DNA of 64,000 bases, from NCBI GenBank assembly GCA_002269645.1, contig NIVC01000994.1, positions 164,828 to 228,827 of the forward strand, written 5' to 3'. The notes under the pieces are model-generated. The model was given only the letters and a program-made list of their open reading frames with translations, was not told the DNA's origin and did not search any database. Below are positions 40,992-54,700 of the stretch, piece by piece. Source of the stretch: Macrostomum lignano. Lineage: Eukaryota. Positions within the stretch are counted from its first letter, which is position 1; the number at the start of each line of letters is the position of its first letter. The position numbers were made by a program, and so were the translations under genes.

Positions 40992-41720
40992 ATCCCGAGT
41001 TTCGCTAATCCCGGGATTCTCGGGAGCACGAGAAATGCCCGCAGACGAATTGCCCGCCGAGATTTGCCCGCAGGAGATTTGCCCGTGGAGATTTGCCCGC
41101 CGAGCTTTTCCCGCGGAGATTTGCCCGCAGTGCATTTTGCCCGTGAGCGAATTGCCCGTGGAGATTTGCCCGCCGAGAATTGCCCGCCGAGATTTGCCCG
41201 CAGTGCAATTCGCCCGCGAGTGAATTGCCCGCGAGCGAGTTGCCCGCCGAGTTTTTTCCCGCCGAGGTTTGCCCGCAATGCTTTTTTCCTGCAGCGCATT
41301 TGGCAGCTAGATTCTGTCTGCATTGCCCCCCCCCCAAAAAAAATATGCATTTGATATGCAGTTACTATCAAAACGTTTTGATCGTGTAAATCTCTTTATT
41401 GAGATTAACACGTACTAAGCATTGGGAAGGCTATGCAGACAAAATCTGCCGCGTCGCCAAATGCGCTGCAGGAAAAAGGCATTGCGGGCAATTCTCGGCG
41501 GGCAAATCTCCACGGGCAATTCGCTCACGGGCAAAATGCACTGCGGGCAAATCTCCGCGGGAAAAGCTCGGCGGGCAAATTTCCACGGGCAAATCTCCTG
41601 CGGGCAAATCTCGGCGGGCAATTTGTCTGCGGGCAATTCTCATGGACCCGGGATTCTCGGGATCGGGATATCCGACTTTGAAAATCCCGGGATTCTCGAG
41701 GATTCCGGGATCCCGGGATT
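40992..41720. repeat. Inverted arms (41034-41325 and 41430-41636) built of about 15-bp GAGATTTGCCCGC subrepeats, flanked by ATCCCGGGATT clusters
   Basis: Arms are reverse complements by eye; this explains the cluster of overlapping short ORFs. Confidence 0.85.
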
Positions 41721-41843
41721 GAAAAGGTTTCTAATTTTTGTTGGTGCAATTTTGGTTTACGAAGCCATCAAATATGATTTTAAAGGGCTTTGAATGATAA
41801 AAGTACAACAACAACAACAAAATACGCGACCCCGCATTCACAG

Positions 41844-41995
41844 TTAGGGCAGGGCGCGTCAGATGGCGCGCCGCAGAGCCTGGGAGCGAACAAAGTCCGC
41901 TCTGTTGGCAGTGTCGGGCGCCCCCGGCGTCGCACAGGAGGCAGTCCACGTATCGACGGGTTCGGGCCTGACCACGCCTGAATGGACCCTGCAAG
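41844..41995 (+). CDS. Orphan GC-rich candidate exon
   Basis: TTCACAG acceptor and CAAG|GTGAGC donor; one open frame (..MARRRAWERTKSALL..TPEWTLQ). No partner exon found. Confidence 0.3.
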
Positions 41996-42719
41996 GTGAG
42001 CAGCAGGACGTCCTGAACAATATTCTGCCCAATATACTTTTTTAAGATTTTAAGACTTTTGAATAAAGTCTAACAGAATAAAAGATTTTGCAAACAAGAA
42101 ACTGACAATGAGCTTTGAATTGGAGTGTGATGTACGGGCTGGCGTAGACGTGCTTTTTTACATGCCAGTATCAGCTCAGAAAAATCACACTTAAATGTGA
42201 TGTCACCTGGGGGAATGATACTGTAGCTTACAGCAGAGCTATGGCCCGAGGTACTGATACATGGGTAGAAGGGGATCAGACCTCACCCTCCCAAGGGCAC
42301 TTGCCCTATAGATGGAGAATGGGTACATGTAGCTTGGGTTGTGGTCCGATAGCAAGGTCTCACTGTTCTAATCCCAACACTACGTCTAAGGAGTTTTGAA
42401 GGTAAGGACTGCATAAAAGGCTCTCTCGATGGTCAATCCCGGGATTATATTCTCTAATGTACACGTGTACATGCACTCACCAACAGTCTGTTGTGTACTT
42501 GTAATTTGCGTTAATTTCAGCGATCAAAGCATACTTATTTGCTTATGGCTCTATTACCCATGCCTCTTTGCTCCTATTTTATGCATGCGAGAAGTGAAAA
42601 CCTATAAAATACGAGTATTAAATAAAATAACCAGAAAAGACGCGACTTGATATGATCCACGATAACTGTATGCATTTGGTCATTGGCAAGCTAATTGTCT
42701 CTTTTCTTATGCAACACAG

Positions 42720-45700
42720 TCAAAACGCCACCCTAGCTCGACCCATGCAGTGCGCCTGAGCGAGAGTTGGAAAACCTTGCGTCATTGCAGTGTAGTGAGC
42801 TGAAGTCAATCGCTGGGTGGCGGTTTGGACTGCATGTTCCTGAGTAGCAAAGGCGCACCACATGACAAAATGTAAATTAAAACTTAATATTTTATACACA
42901 TACCCCCAGTAGTAAAATCGATGGCGAATTCTTTTTTCGGGATGGATGCCAAACATGGTTATTACATTCGTATGGTTGTAAAGTCGGCCGTATTGAGTCA
43001 TATTTTCGTCCTAAACAACTTATAGAATATATAGCCAATAATTCATTTTAATAATTTACAGCTCATTGTAAAAGAACACTAAGGCAATCGATTATTCACA
43101 GGTTACTGAGAATTTTAGACAATTAGGGTCAGTTTGCGAGTTGTCAGCATTTCATCGATCTCGATGGTCTGGTTCCCGTATGGATCCTACGGCATCGTCA
43201 AAAGGGACCTCCATGAGTCCCTTTTGTTCAGTCATTCTGTGATGGCGTTCATTCAATCCGGGGCCCTACCTAAAGACGACGACTGGCGATAGCGTGCGCC
43301 AACGCTACGACTACTACGGCTTTGACCTGCATCCAAGCAAACCTGTTGCTCCGACGTGACTCAAGCTGGCAGACTTCTTATTTCCGCATCGAGTCGTAGT
43401 GTCCATATTCGGTACACGAGGTGAATTTTTTTTAATTCACAAAATACGTTGCAACTGAGGAAGCTGGAAATGCTGGTATATATTTTCTATTGAACGATTG
43501 CTTGCTGTGGCAGCTAACTCGATTTTATTTTGAGTGTGGCAAGCGACTGCTGCAGAGGCGTCACAACAAAGAGTATAAATATGGTTCAAAAAGATTGAAA
43601 ATCTTGTCAAATCCTTTCGTGATATTGCTCTGATAATAACATTTTCTATACAGAGCTACAAAGTGTCTTAATTGACGAAATCCTCGTATCGTAATTGCCA
43701 TTCTGTTAATCATGTGTATCCTCCAGGTAATCAATCCCTTGAATTTTGGTATGGTCTTCAACCGGCCGAAGTGCTGGCAGCAGCATCCGCCTGCACCGAC
43801 ATGCCAGCCGTGGCCTGCATGGCCATCTCTATATTGTCCACGCGGTTTGGTCCGTGCTTCATCAGCATATAGATCTGCATTAGGTGAGCGCAATCATGAA
43901 GAAGCTATTGAGGAGACTTAAAGTTTACAGCAAAATGAAACACTGGGATATTAAAGGAGAGAGGGTGCAATTAAACATTTGAAGTCCTACCCACCTACGT
44001 AGGTGTCGTTAAGTTAAGAATTGTTTAAGATGCCTGAGAGCTCTCTGGTGCTGAACAGGATCTGCTTCTATATTTTGGGAAAGATCATGTTAATGCAAAA
44101 GGTGAACACACAAGCATCGGTAGATGCAGGTGGTGGTCAAAAAGGAACCAGGCCTTAAGATGGCTTGGTCCCCGATATTTTCACGCCGAGAACTATCGCA
44201 TCTAACGCCATCTCACCTTGCTGCCAAACACCAGTAACAGAGTGGTGCTGGTGCACAGGATAATGCACGCAGCCACCAACCCAATCCGGAGTTCCTGTCC
44301 TTCTGAGGGCATGGCGAACACTAGCACAACGCCGATCAGCCCCATCACCAAGGTGTTGTACACGCAAACTCCAATTTTCTTCGAATCGTTTAGCGCCTCA
44401 ACATGAACGGTGCGTGTTTCCCAGGCGAAAAATATTCCAAACAGTAGAAGAAAGCCTGGAACACAATTTAGAGAGCATTATGCCCTGGACTGTGACTACT
44501 TGACTAATTTCTACTGCTATCATCTCATCGTACGTAATCACGCACCCTTGACGCCGATCTCTATGCCAATCCACATGTTCATGTTGGTACAGACGCACTC
44601 GTCAATGGTGGCTCGAAGTAGGGAGCCCTGCTCCGTTTCCTATCAGGTTAAACGGTTACGGATGATCGGCTTGAAATTATTTGGTCGTACGTGTCAAATT
44701 GTTTATATATGCTCTTACCACAGCCGGTAAACTTGTTGTTTGCACCTGCAGAGGGTCGATACCAGCCCAGATGCCAAAGATGACAACATCTACCGCTACG
44801 ACGACCAGAATCACAGCGAACAGGTGAAAATCTTTGATGGCCTGGATATGGGAAAGTTGGAACTTGATAGACAAGCGATGGACATGTAGTAGGAAAAAAG
44901 CTAAAACGATTGCCAAACAGACTCGCTCAATTGTGTCATTCTAAGGCTGTGGTAAAGATTGCTTTTATTTAGGGTATATCCCTTAGCAGGTTGTGAGATC
45001 AGCAGCACACACAATGGTATAAGGTTACAGTATTTCACAATAGTTATATCTTGCAAGGGGGCGTATAAATCAAGGCGACAGCTAGTCGACCCGCAACCAC
45101 AGATACTAAAATTACTAGATAGGCCACTCAGGCACATATACTTAGTAAAACAGCTTTCTGCTTTCAGTTCAGTAGCAAAGATGAATACATAAACTATTTT
45201 ATGAAAATAAAGGCAGCAGAAATGATTTTGATAAGTTTAGAAGCCAAGCTTACAAGGAGCGTAAACAACTTGCTAATTGGTTCAGTAATAATGTACACTG
45301 GCCAGTCCACTGGAATGTACATGGCAGCTTTAGGCTAGAATTTCGGGGAAGGCAATAAAAATTGGGGCGGATAGTGTGGAAAGGCGCGGTTGGAGGAGGG
45401 TTAAAGCTAGGTGTGTAAGAGCCATAAATGAGCCTTGGCTTTAAAATACATTAAAATGCTTCTATTTAACCTACTACTGAACTGAAAGTAGCTTACACGC
45501 AAATGTGCTGAGTGGCCCATCTAGTTATTCTACTATCTTTGCCCGCAACCAACGAGGAGGCAAGCAGCTTTGCCCATTCTGATGATCCTGCACGCTAATC
45601 GTTTGGCATGTTTTACACTCTGACCTTTGAGACGGCTCCTCATGGGCGAAAATTGCACGAAAAACCCCCGTAACAATTTTTTGTAGCGTGGTCACACACG

Positions 45701-48700
45701 GAATCGAACTTTGGTACTACTGGCCGGAGTGCGGCGCGTTAACCGCTGCTTTACCCCATACGTACTTTACATTTGTGCTCAGTCTCTGTTCTAGTCGTGA
45801 GAGGCACATTCCGTTGAAATGAACATCTCAATGGACGCAAAGATCGACGATCGACGATCGAATCCCCTCAAAATCCTGTTCTGTTCTGCCACTGGAAATC
45901 CCCCACGTCATAATCCTGCTGCGTGCTTAGTATTCGAGTTGTTAAGCAATCCTGTGCGTGATTATCGTTATTTGGGCCAACCAGTGCTGTTGATTTAGCT
46001 TCGTGACGGTAAACTTCTCAACTGAACCCAGAGGCATAGACTCAAGAAGATCCGGTTCAGACACGAGGGTCGATGCATACGTTTGTAGTCGCAAACTGAA
46101 GACTGTAGACGTGAGGAGGCCTTATTGGATTATCTTGGCATGAGCACGGATAATTTTTTGTCTAGTACGAGAAAATAGGTGACCGTTAAGCCGACTATAA
46201 GTACACCCACTGTTCTTGTTCGTGAATATAATAAACCTAGGAGAGCTCGCAGCCTGAGGAGCAATATGCGATGGTGGAGGTGTAAAATTTATAAATCAAT
46301 GATAATCCAATAAAATATGTCCGATTGTAACAACAACTTAAAATACACTCATTCATACGCATTCATATGCGTGTCTGTGTAACATGCATAAATTCCAATC
46401 TGCGCCCATCTCGTAGTTCAACAATCTCGATTGGAATTCAACAGAGTGCTTTAAATAGAGTTCACTATAATTGATTTCGAATTCATAATTTCAGCAACAA
46501 GTAAGAGGTCCTCGATTGCAATCACTCACCACTCGTCTCAGCTTGACATTGGTGAAGATGCGGTACACACGCCAGGTCTTCGCCAGCATGGCGCCAAACG
46601 CGCACGAGTAGCCAAAAGCCAGTAGGACGGCCTGCAACCAGCAGAGGCCGACCCTGATCTGCCAGTAGGAGTTCACGGACATCGCGATGCACGAGGCGTA
46701 GCACAGCAGGCAGCCAAGACCGATTACATTGTTTACATAGGGACTGCTCAGTTTAATGAGGCGAAGCTCGCGATAATAAAAGTTCACACCGACTGCAATC
46801 AGGCATAGCGCGATACCAATTGATGAAGCCGAGATTAGGGTTACAGTGCTGGGCCAGCTCAGCATCAGACGCTGGACTAGGACTCCGGGACTGTCCACTG
46901 GGGGCGTGCCGTCTGGAAGATCCAGTGCCAATGTTCATTTGTAAGTTTGAAGGCAGCAAGTCTTAGGGAGATCAGTACGAGTACTGTGAGCTTCTAAATG
47001 AGAATCCAAAAGTGATATAGTCCCAATAGTTAGTCTTCTGTACTCTTCGTCGCTTCGCATGTAATTGTTTTACTCACGCTGATTCACACCGATTCAAGCT
47101 TCATTTCACATCTCTTTTACCGCTAATTGTCTTTTAATTATGATACGAGCGGATATTAAAAGTGTGACTGGATTACCAATATAATAACAAAGATTTAAGG
47201 TACGTACAGTTAACACGAATAAATAGTTTAGCCTTAATATATATATAGCTAAAATGCACGTTAACTAACTCATTTCGCTTACGTGCAAACCAGAGATCCT
47301 CAGTCCAGTTGGCTATTGCAGTTGACGGATCGTAAGTTCCCACAAGGTGACGCTTCAGGCCTACACGAGAAATGTTTTTGTTTGGGATGAGAATGGGAAA
47401 CTATATGCCAGATGACAAAAAGTGACAACTGGAATCGTTTATTCCTGAAGCAATCAAACAGCCATCGCAAAATTCATTTCTTTTGGTGGTAAGTAAAAGC
47501 TTAAAACTCTTGACATTACATATAACTTGGTCGATTCATTTTTGAGCACGGGACTGATGAAGAGCTAGGATTGCTCAATACAAAGAAACAGGTTTCCCTG
47601 ATGCTTCTCACCTCTCAGCTGGTAGAAGAGGACCATGGATGAGCGATCTCCTTGACTGTCAAACATTACCTTACCCTGTTGAGACGAGGTTGAATGAAAA
47701 TTGAAATTAATAAAAGCTGAAGAATGAAAGATGAAAGATAGGCCGGAACACGCCTAACCTGCAGCATACAGGTAAATAGAAGGCGAGTCTCATTCTTTAT
47801 CTTATTCCAGGGAAGTCTTTTATGCTCTGACGATCTCAAAAACCTTTCCCGTTTAGGGAAAGGTAGCGACCCTCTTTTCCCGACAATGTATTAAGGTGGG
47901 TAGCGAGCCTCAGCTAGATCCTTTGTAATAACCTTCTCAAAAGTCGCTAGTCATTTGTTTATCATTTTATGCCAATTGCCATTCATTCAATATGGTTATA
48001 ATTTTTGCTGAAGCCTTGAACGCACATACGAGATACTGTATAAATGTAGCTCATATCTAGATGCTGCCCAATGGCTTACGGAATTCTTATGTAACTGCTA
48101 TTCTTATTTAAATTATAAGTACTATTATTAAACAGGCTGAAATGCTTGGTTCCTATCAGGAGCGTAGCAGGTCCTAGCAGACCCCTGGCTCGTATAGCGC
48201 AGCTTTTCACTCAAAGACCCCAACGGAGAACCCTAGTCCATGACGGTGAGTCCTAGATTGACTTTCAATTACCATAGAGGGATCATTGCCAGCAGGCAAT
48301 TCTCACCGAAAGTCCAGTGAACTCGAGCAGCATGAGGTTGTTGAACAGGGCCGCCTTAAATGACGAATTGGCGAGCTCCGTGTTCTCAGTGTAGTTAAAG
48401 TCCTTCAGCGTCTGGTTCAGAGCTAGCGCGGCCGACATCACGGAGTCAAAGCGCAGGTCAAAGCCGGCGAGGGTTTTGGGAAAGGCGATGGAGGCCAGGC
48501 CCGGATACTCGCTTATGAAGGCGTTGTACAGCTCGGAAAGATTCTGAAAAAATCAGAATAATGATTCTCGGTATCCAGAGGTGACTGTAGTTATATTATT
48601 TAGTCAAGTTGGAACAACCTCAATAGTTTGTCGGGACAAAAGGGAGGCAGCGATTTCATGCTTGTAGTTCTTTATCATGAAAGCAAGAATTTGCGTAGGT

Positions 48701-51700
48701 CAGAGAGTGAGAATTAATTACCATAGTAAAACTTCAAATAATGTAACAAATAATCTAAATTATTCGAACTATTTCATCACTGTCTCAGTATGCATTTATC
48801 TAATGAAGCTACATGTACAATCGTAGTATTTTTACCACAAACGTAGATTTACTTTCGATTACAATAATGGGTTAGGGCATTCACCACAAACTATGCAAGT
48901 TAAGTCAATTTAGTTGCGGCTAGTACTCAGCTGAATAGGCTTGCGTCACCCTTCAATGCGGCCATACCGGCGAGAAAGGGATCATTCAAGCTGATAAATT
49001 ACCCAACAGTGCCAGCACCGTATAAGCTGTACACAGCCCTCGGATGCGTCGCTCAATTGTAGCGGTTTTTTGGCGTTGTTCTGGAGCTGCCACTGTCTCG
49101 TGGTATTTCTTAAACTTTTCGTTTGCAATAGCTACATGTACGTTCAATTAGACTAACATATTTATTTTGCTCATACGTACAGTCCCTAATTATTGATCGC
49201 ACCACTTTCATTCTTCACTGATCGCCCCACTCCACATTACGCTCACGTGTATTGTACGCTTTCACTCAGCTCATTAAATATATCGACCCAGAGCATCTCG
49301 CTCAAGCCTTTTCGTTTCATCGTTTCAATAGCGCAGCATATAGTTTGTCTTTCATCTCGAGTTATTCTAGCAACCATTTTGGTAGCAGAGCGTGGTTCTC
49401 ATCGATAGTTTTGTTTTCACGCTAGCCAACTATAGAAGAATGTCAGGCGAAGAGGAAACACAGGCTGAATCTGTTGAACAGCCAGACGATAGCAAGTTGC
49501 AGTCGTTGCGACGAGAAAAGTCAAAGTTCAAGTCTGCGCTGACCAAGAACAGAAATAAGCTAGCCTGGCTGCTACAAGACGAGCCCGACAAGAGCGCGAT
49601 TCAACGACAATGCGAAGTCGTCACCGAGATATTCGAAGGTACAACCGAGACGCTGTACGAGCTGTGCGATGAGTTGAAACGGCAGAAAAGCGACGCAGCT
49701 CAGTATTCTCGGCTGCTCGACGAAATTGACGTAATTGAGGACGACTACCGGACGACCATGCAAGAAGTTCATCGGTACCTCAAGGACTACAGAACAACGA
49801 CAAAAGCACCTGCAGTAGCGGCGGCACAAGAGGAGGCAACGGCAGCGACGTTGAAGACTTCAGCAGCGGCGGCAGCGGTGCAGGCCAGTCGAGAGCGGCG
49901 ATTCGAATTCAAAGCGGAGTCCATGCAAGGCCAGCGGCAGCAGACTTCTTACAGAGGCTACGGTGGTGAGTTTGGCTATTTGCCTTCTTCTAATCAGCAT
50001 GCGGGCGCCGAGATGGAAGCGGAGGACGAAGACGAAATCGGTAACTCATCGGTTCATGAGTTGTCCAAGGATTTATGGAAGATGCTGCGCAGGGTGGAGA
50101 TTCCGACTTTCTATGGCGAAAAGCCGCAGTATGAAGCATGGAAGGCTGCATTCATGGCTTGCATTGATAGGGCACCAGCAACTCCAGAGTTCAAGCTTCT
50201 TCAGCTGAGGCAGTATTTGAAGGGAGCGGCATTGAAAGTGATCGAGCACCTTGGACATTCGGCTGCGGCTTATGAGGCGGCGAAAGAGAGATTGGAGCGC
50301 GAGTATGGCGGCAAGAGGCGACAGTTGGCTCTTTACTTAGAGGAACTGGACAGTTTTCCACCTGTGAAGCAGAATAATGCAGAGGAGCTTAAGAAGTTTG
50401 CAAACATCCTTGATGTGGCCGTAATTAATTTGGAAGAAGCAGGCAAGAATACAGAACTTAGTGATGGACTGCTTTATGCTAGGTTGCAAAAGAAACTTCC
50501 GGAGCCGATGGTCGCAGCATTTCGCCGTTGGGTGTTCGAGAAGAAGTCAGAAGGCGTGAGAACACTCCGTGAGTGGGTGTTGCGCGAAGCCGAGTTTCGA
50601 ACTCAGGCAGCAGAGATTGTGCACGGTGTGGCCACATCCAGCCAGGAGCACCCAAAGAAGGAAGGGCAGCAGAAGACCTTTCATGTAGCACATCAGAGCA
50701 AGAGCTCGAGTAGGGAGAGCTATTCGTGTGTTGTCTGCAAGGAGGCACACGCTCTATGGAAGTGCCCAGCGTTCAAAAAGCTGTCGTCTGAGAATCGATG
50801 GAAGGCTGCTCAGGAAGCAAAAGCGTGTTTCCGCTGTCTTAAACATGGTCACACAGGTCAAAATTGTCGACGAGGTCGCAGGTGTGGCATTGACGGATGC
50901 GAAAAATCCCACCATCTCCTGTTGCACTCGAGCGCTGCTAGATCGGAAACGAAAGCGAAGCCAGAAGCAGAAGCAGTTGGTGAGCAAGGAAGTCAATCCA
51001 AGCCAAAGTCTGAAACGGTGACGATGGTGTCCCGAGAGACTAGTGCAGTGTCACTTCGAACAGTGCCAGTCATCCTTAAGTCGAATAGGCGAACTGTGAA
51101 GGTCAATGCGTTGCTTGATGACGCCAGCACAAGGACCTATTTGAATGTGGCGATCGCAACTGAGCTAGGACTGCAAGGCAAGCAAGAATCCGTCCAGGTG
51201 GATGTATTGAACGGGCAGGTGGAAACCTTCATGACAGCACCAGTAACGTGTACTTTGGAGAGTGTGGACGGCCAAATCAGCAAGCAGATCACTGTATTTA
51301 CGACAGATCGAGTCGCCGGTAACATGCTAACACGCCGGAAGTGGTAGATTGGCAGAAAGTGGCATCGAAGTGGCAGCACTTGGCAAACATTCCGTTCCGA
51401 GGGTGCAGACACCAACAGTTGTGGATTTGCTGATTGGAGTTGATCATGCCGAACTGCATACGTCTCACCTGGAAGTATGCGGCAAGCCTGGAGATCCGCA
51501 AGCCCGGCTAACACCTTTAGGTTGGACGTGCATCGGAAAGGTTGACGAAGCTTTGGAACGGTCTTTGTTCGCGAACACGTTCTTCAGCGGGGGAGACAAA
51601 CAAAACCTGGCACCACTGCTACGTCAATTCTGGGAAGTGGAAGAAGTTCAGCGAGTGGAGTCACCTTCAGTTACGGCTATAGAGCAGCTAGCGTTGGACT

Positions 51701-54700
51701 GCGCGAGGTCATCACTGAAGCTAGTCAACGGACGCTACCAAGTTGGTGTTCCATGGAAACCGGACGCTAAGGTCAAAACTAGCAACTTTGAGCTGGCCAT
51801 TAAGCGGCTTGAGAACACCGAGAAGCGGCTCATTAAAGATCCAAAGAAAGCCAAGCAGTACCAGGACGTCATCAACCGCTACGAGGAAGTAGGCTATATC
51901 AGAAAGGTGCCACAAAAATGAGCAACAGCCAGCGAACCGGTACTAACTTCCTCATTTTCCAGTAGTTCGGATGGATAAAGCAACTACAAAAGTCCGCATC
52001 GTCTTTGACGCTTCAGCTGGCGGCGAGGGGTCGTTGAACAGCCTGATGCTGGCAGGACCGAAGCTTCAGCAAAATCTCGTGGACGTGCTTCTTCGCTTCA
52101 GGAGACATCCAGTAGCAGTTGTTTGCGACATTTCCGAAATGTACCTGCAAATCGAGATGGCACCAGAAGATCGGGCGGCGCACAGCTTTCTGTGGCGAAG
52201 TATGGATCCAACGAAGACACCAGAGACTTTCGAGTTCAACCGAGTGGTATTTGGCGCTACAAGTTCACCATTTCTGGCGCAATTCGTAACTCAAGAACAT
52301 GCAAAAAGCTTGAAGCAAGAGTTTCCAGCGGCCGCAGAAACGGTGCTCCAGTCAACCTACATGGATGACTGCCTGGATTCCAAGAAGAAAGACGCCGAAG
52401 CCATTCAGTTGTACCAGGAATTGAGTCAACTGTGGGAGCGAGCTGGCATGCACGCTCGAAAATGGATCTCCAACTTTAGAGCTGTGCTCGCATGTGTCTC
52501 ACCAGAAGATAGAGCAGCGGAGGTGAGCCTAGATGGACAACCATTGCCAGTTTCGAAGACGCTTGGACTCGTCTGGAAAAGTGAGGAAGACGAGTTCACG
52601 TTTGCTGCAGGCAGCGAGCCGAGCCCAGTCAAATCAAAGAGGGAGCTGCTCAAAGATTGGCGTCAGTTTACGATCCTCTAGGCCTCATCACACCATTCAT
52701 CGCTCAGGCGAAAATACTGCTCCAGGAATTGTGGTGCAGCGGACTCGATTGGGATGAAATACCGGGCGAAGCGCTGCTGAAGAGGATCCAAGTGTGATGT
52801 GCTGACCTGGCCAAGCTGAACTGCATCCGATTCCATCGCTGTCTACAGCTCCCGAGTGTGCCTAGTCGGGCTCAGCTGCACTGCTTTGCCGACGCTTCTG
52901 AAAAGGCCTACGGAGCGGTGTGCTACCTCAGATGCGAGTACTCCGACGCGTCGAAATCAGTTCGCCTCATCGCTGCGAAGTCTCGAGTCGCACCCGTAGC
53001 AACCATGAGCATCCCAAGGCTGGAGTTGATGGCAGCGTTCACTGGGCTGCATCTAACCGTCAAGGTTGCCAAGGCGCTGGAGATAAGCATCAAAGATGCA
53101 GTTTTCTGGACAGACAGCATGAACGTCCTCTTTTGGATTCGAGGTAGAGGCCGTTTTTTCAAGCCTTTTGTTGCGAATCGCATCGGAGAAATCCAGCAGA
53201 CAACTGATCCGAACCAGTGGAGACACGTGCCAACGGCGTGCAATCCTGCCGATCTGCTGTCAAGAGGAGCAACAATAGTTCAGCTAGCCGAGGATCAGAA
53301 ATGGAAAAGCGGTCCGGAATTTCTACAGCACGAAGACTGCACTTGGCCAAGCACTCTGTTGGAGCGACCAGAGAACCTAGAGATAAGAAACTCTGTGAAA
53401 GATTCTGGCGCGGCTGAAACTGTCATGTGTACGACTCTTGCTCGCTGCGAGCCACCAAAGGGAATAGAGCGGCTTGACCCTAGCAGGTTCTCCCGTTGGA
53501 CGCGTTTCGTGCGGTTGAGTGCCTGATTAGCAGATTCGCCAACAATTGCCGACTCGAACCCCAGTATCGAATTCGAGGAGAGCTGCAACCATCGGAGCTG
53601 GAGGATGCGGAGCTGAGAGTAATTAAGGAGGCGCAGAAAGATGCATTTAGTGCGGAGCTTGCTGCTTTGAGAAAGAATAAGAGTGTTGCTGAGAGTAGCA
53701 AACTAGCTGGCTTGCATCCAAAACTTGACCTGAGTGACGTCATCCGTTCGGAAAGTCGCCTCCAGCTCGCCGAGGCACTGCCTGTTAGCGTCAGATCGCC
53801 GATCATCTTGCCGAAGTGCCATCCGGTAACGGAGCTGATCATCAAGCACCATCACGAACAAGCGTATCACGCCGGCACCAACCAAGTGCTCGCGGCAGTG
53901 ACTGCTCGATTTTGGATCCCAGCAGGCCGAGAGGCAATTCGAGCTTGGGAGGCCAAGTGTGCTGAATGCAAAAGAAGAAAAGCCCAACCAGCTTCACAGT
54001 TGATGGCGCCATTGCCTCCAGGTCAGCTAGAACCGTTAAGAGCGTTCACAAGAGTCTCACTCGACTTCGGAGGACCGTTTCTGACGAAGCAGGGTCGGGG
54101 ACGTGTTCGGCAGAAAAGATACTTGGCGCTCTTCACTTGCATGGCCACGCGTGCAGTTCACTTAGAGATGGCGTACGGCCTTGATACAAGCAGCTTCCTA
54201 AATGCTTTGTTCCGCATGATCAACCGCCGAGGACAAGTTGAGGAAATTTATTCTGACAACGGAACCAATTTTGTTGGGTTGGCGCGGATAGAGAGCTGAA
54301 TGAGCTCTGGAAGGCGATGGACAAAAACTCTTTGCAGTCGCGCACATCTCACGTTCGGATTAAGTGGCACTTCAATCCGCCTGCGGCTCCACATTTCGGA
54401 GGTGTGCACGAGTCCATGATAAAGTCGGCAAAGAGGGCGATCAATGCGATCCTAAGAAAAGCAGAAGTAACTGATGAGGAGCTTGTGACTGCTTTTTCTG
54501 GAGCGGAGTCGTTGCTGAACTCACGGCCTTTGACCTACCAGTCGTCCCATCCTGGTGACGATCCGGTCCTGACGCCAGCGCACTTCCTGTACGGGCACGT
54601 TGGCGGACAGCTGGCACCGGAGATCTCGGCTGACGAGGTGTTCAACCCAACCAAGCGGTGGCGCTACGTGCAGCAGCTGGTGCAGTCGTTTTGGCGGCGA

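Noticed and set aside
40864-41793. Cluster of overlapping small ORFs
   Set aside because: Explained by 15-bp subrepeats in inverted arms.
46160-46285. LSU rRNA fragment (AGTACGAGA sarcin-ricin-like word, GCCTGAGGAGCAAT)
   Set aside because: Only short word matches with wrong spacing and no continuous similarity. A BLASTN or cmsearch hit would be needed.
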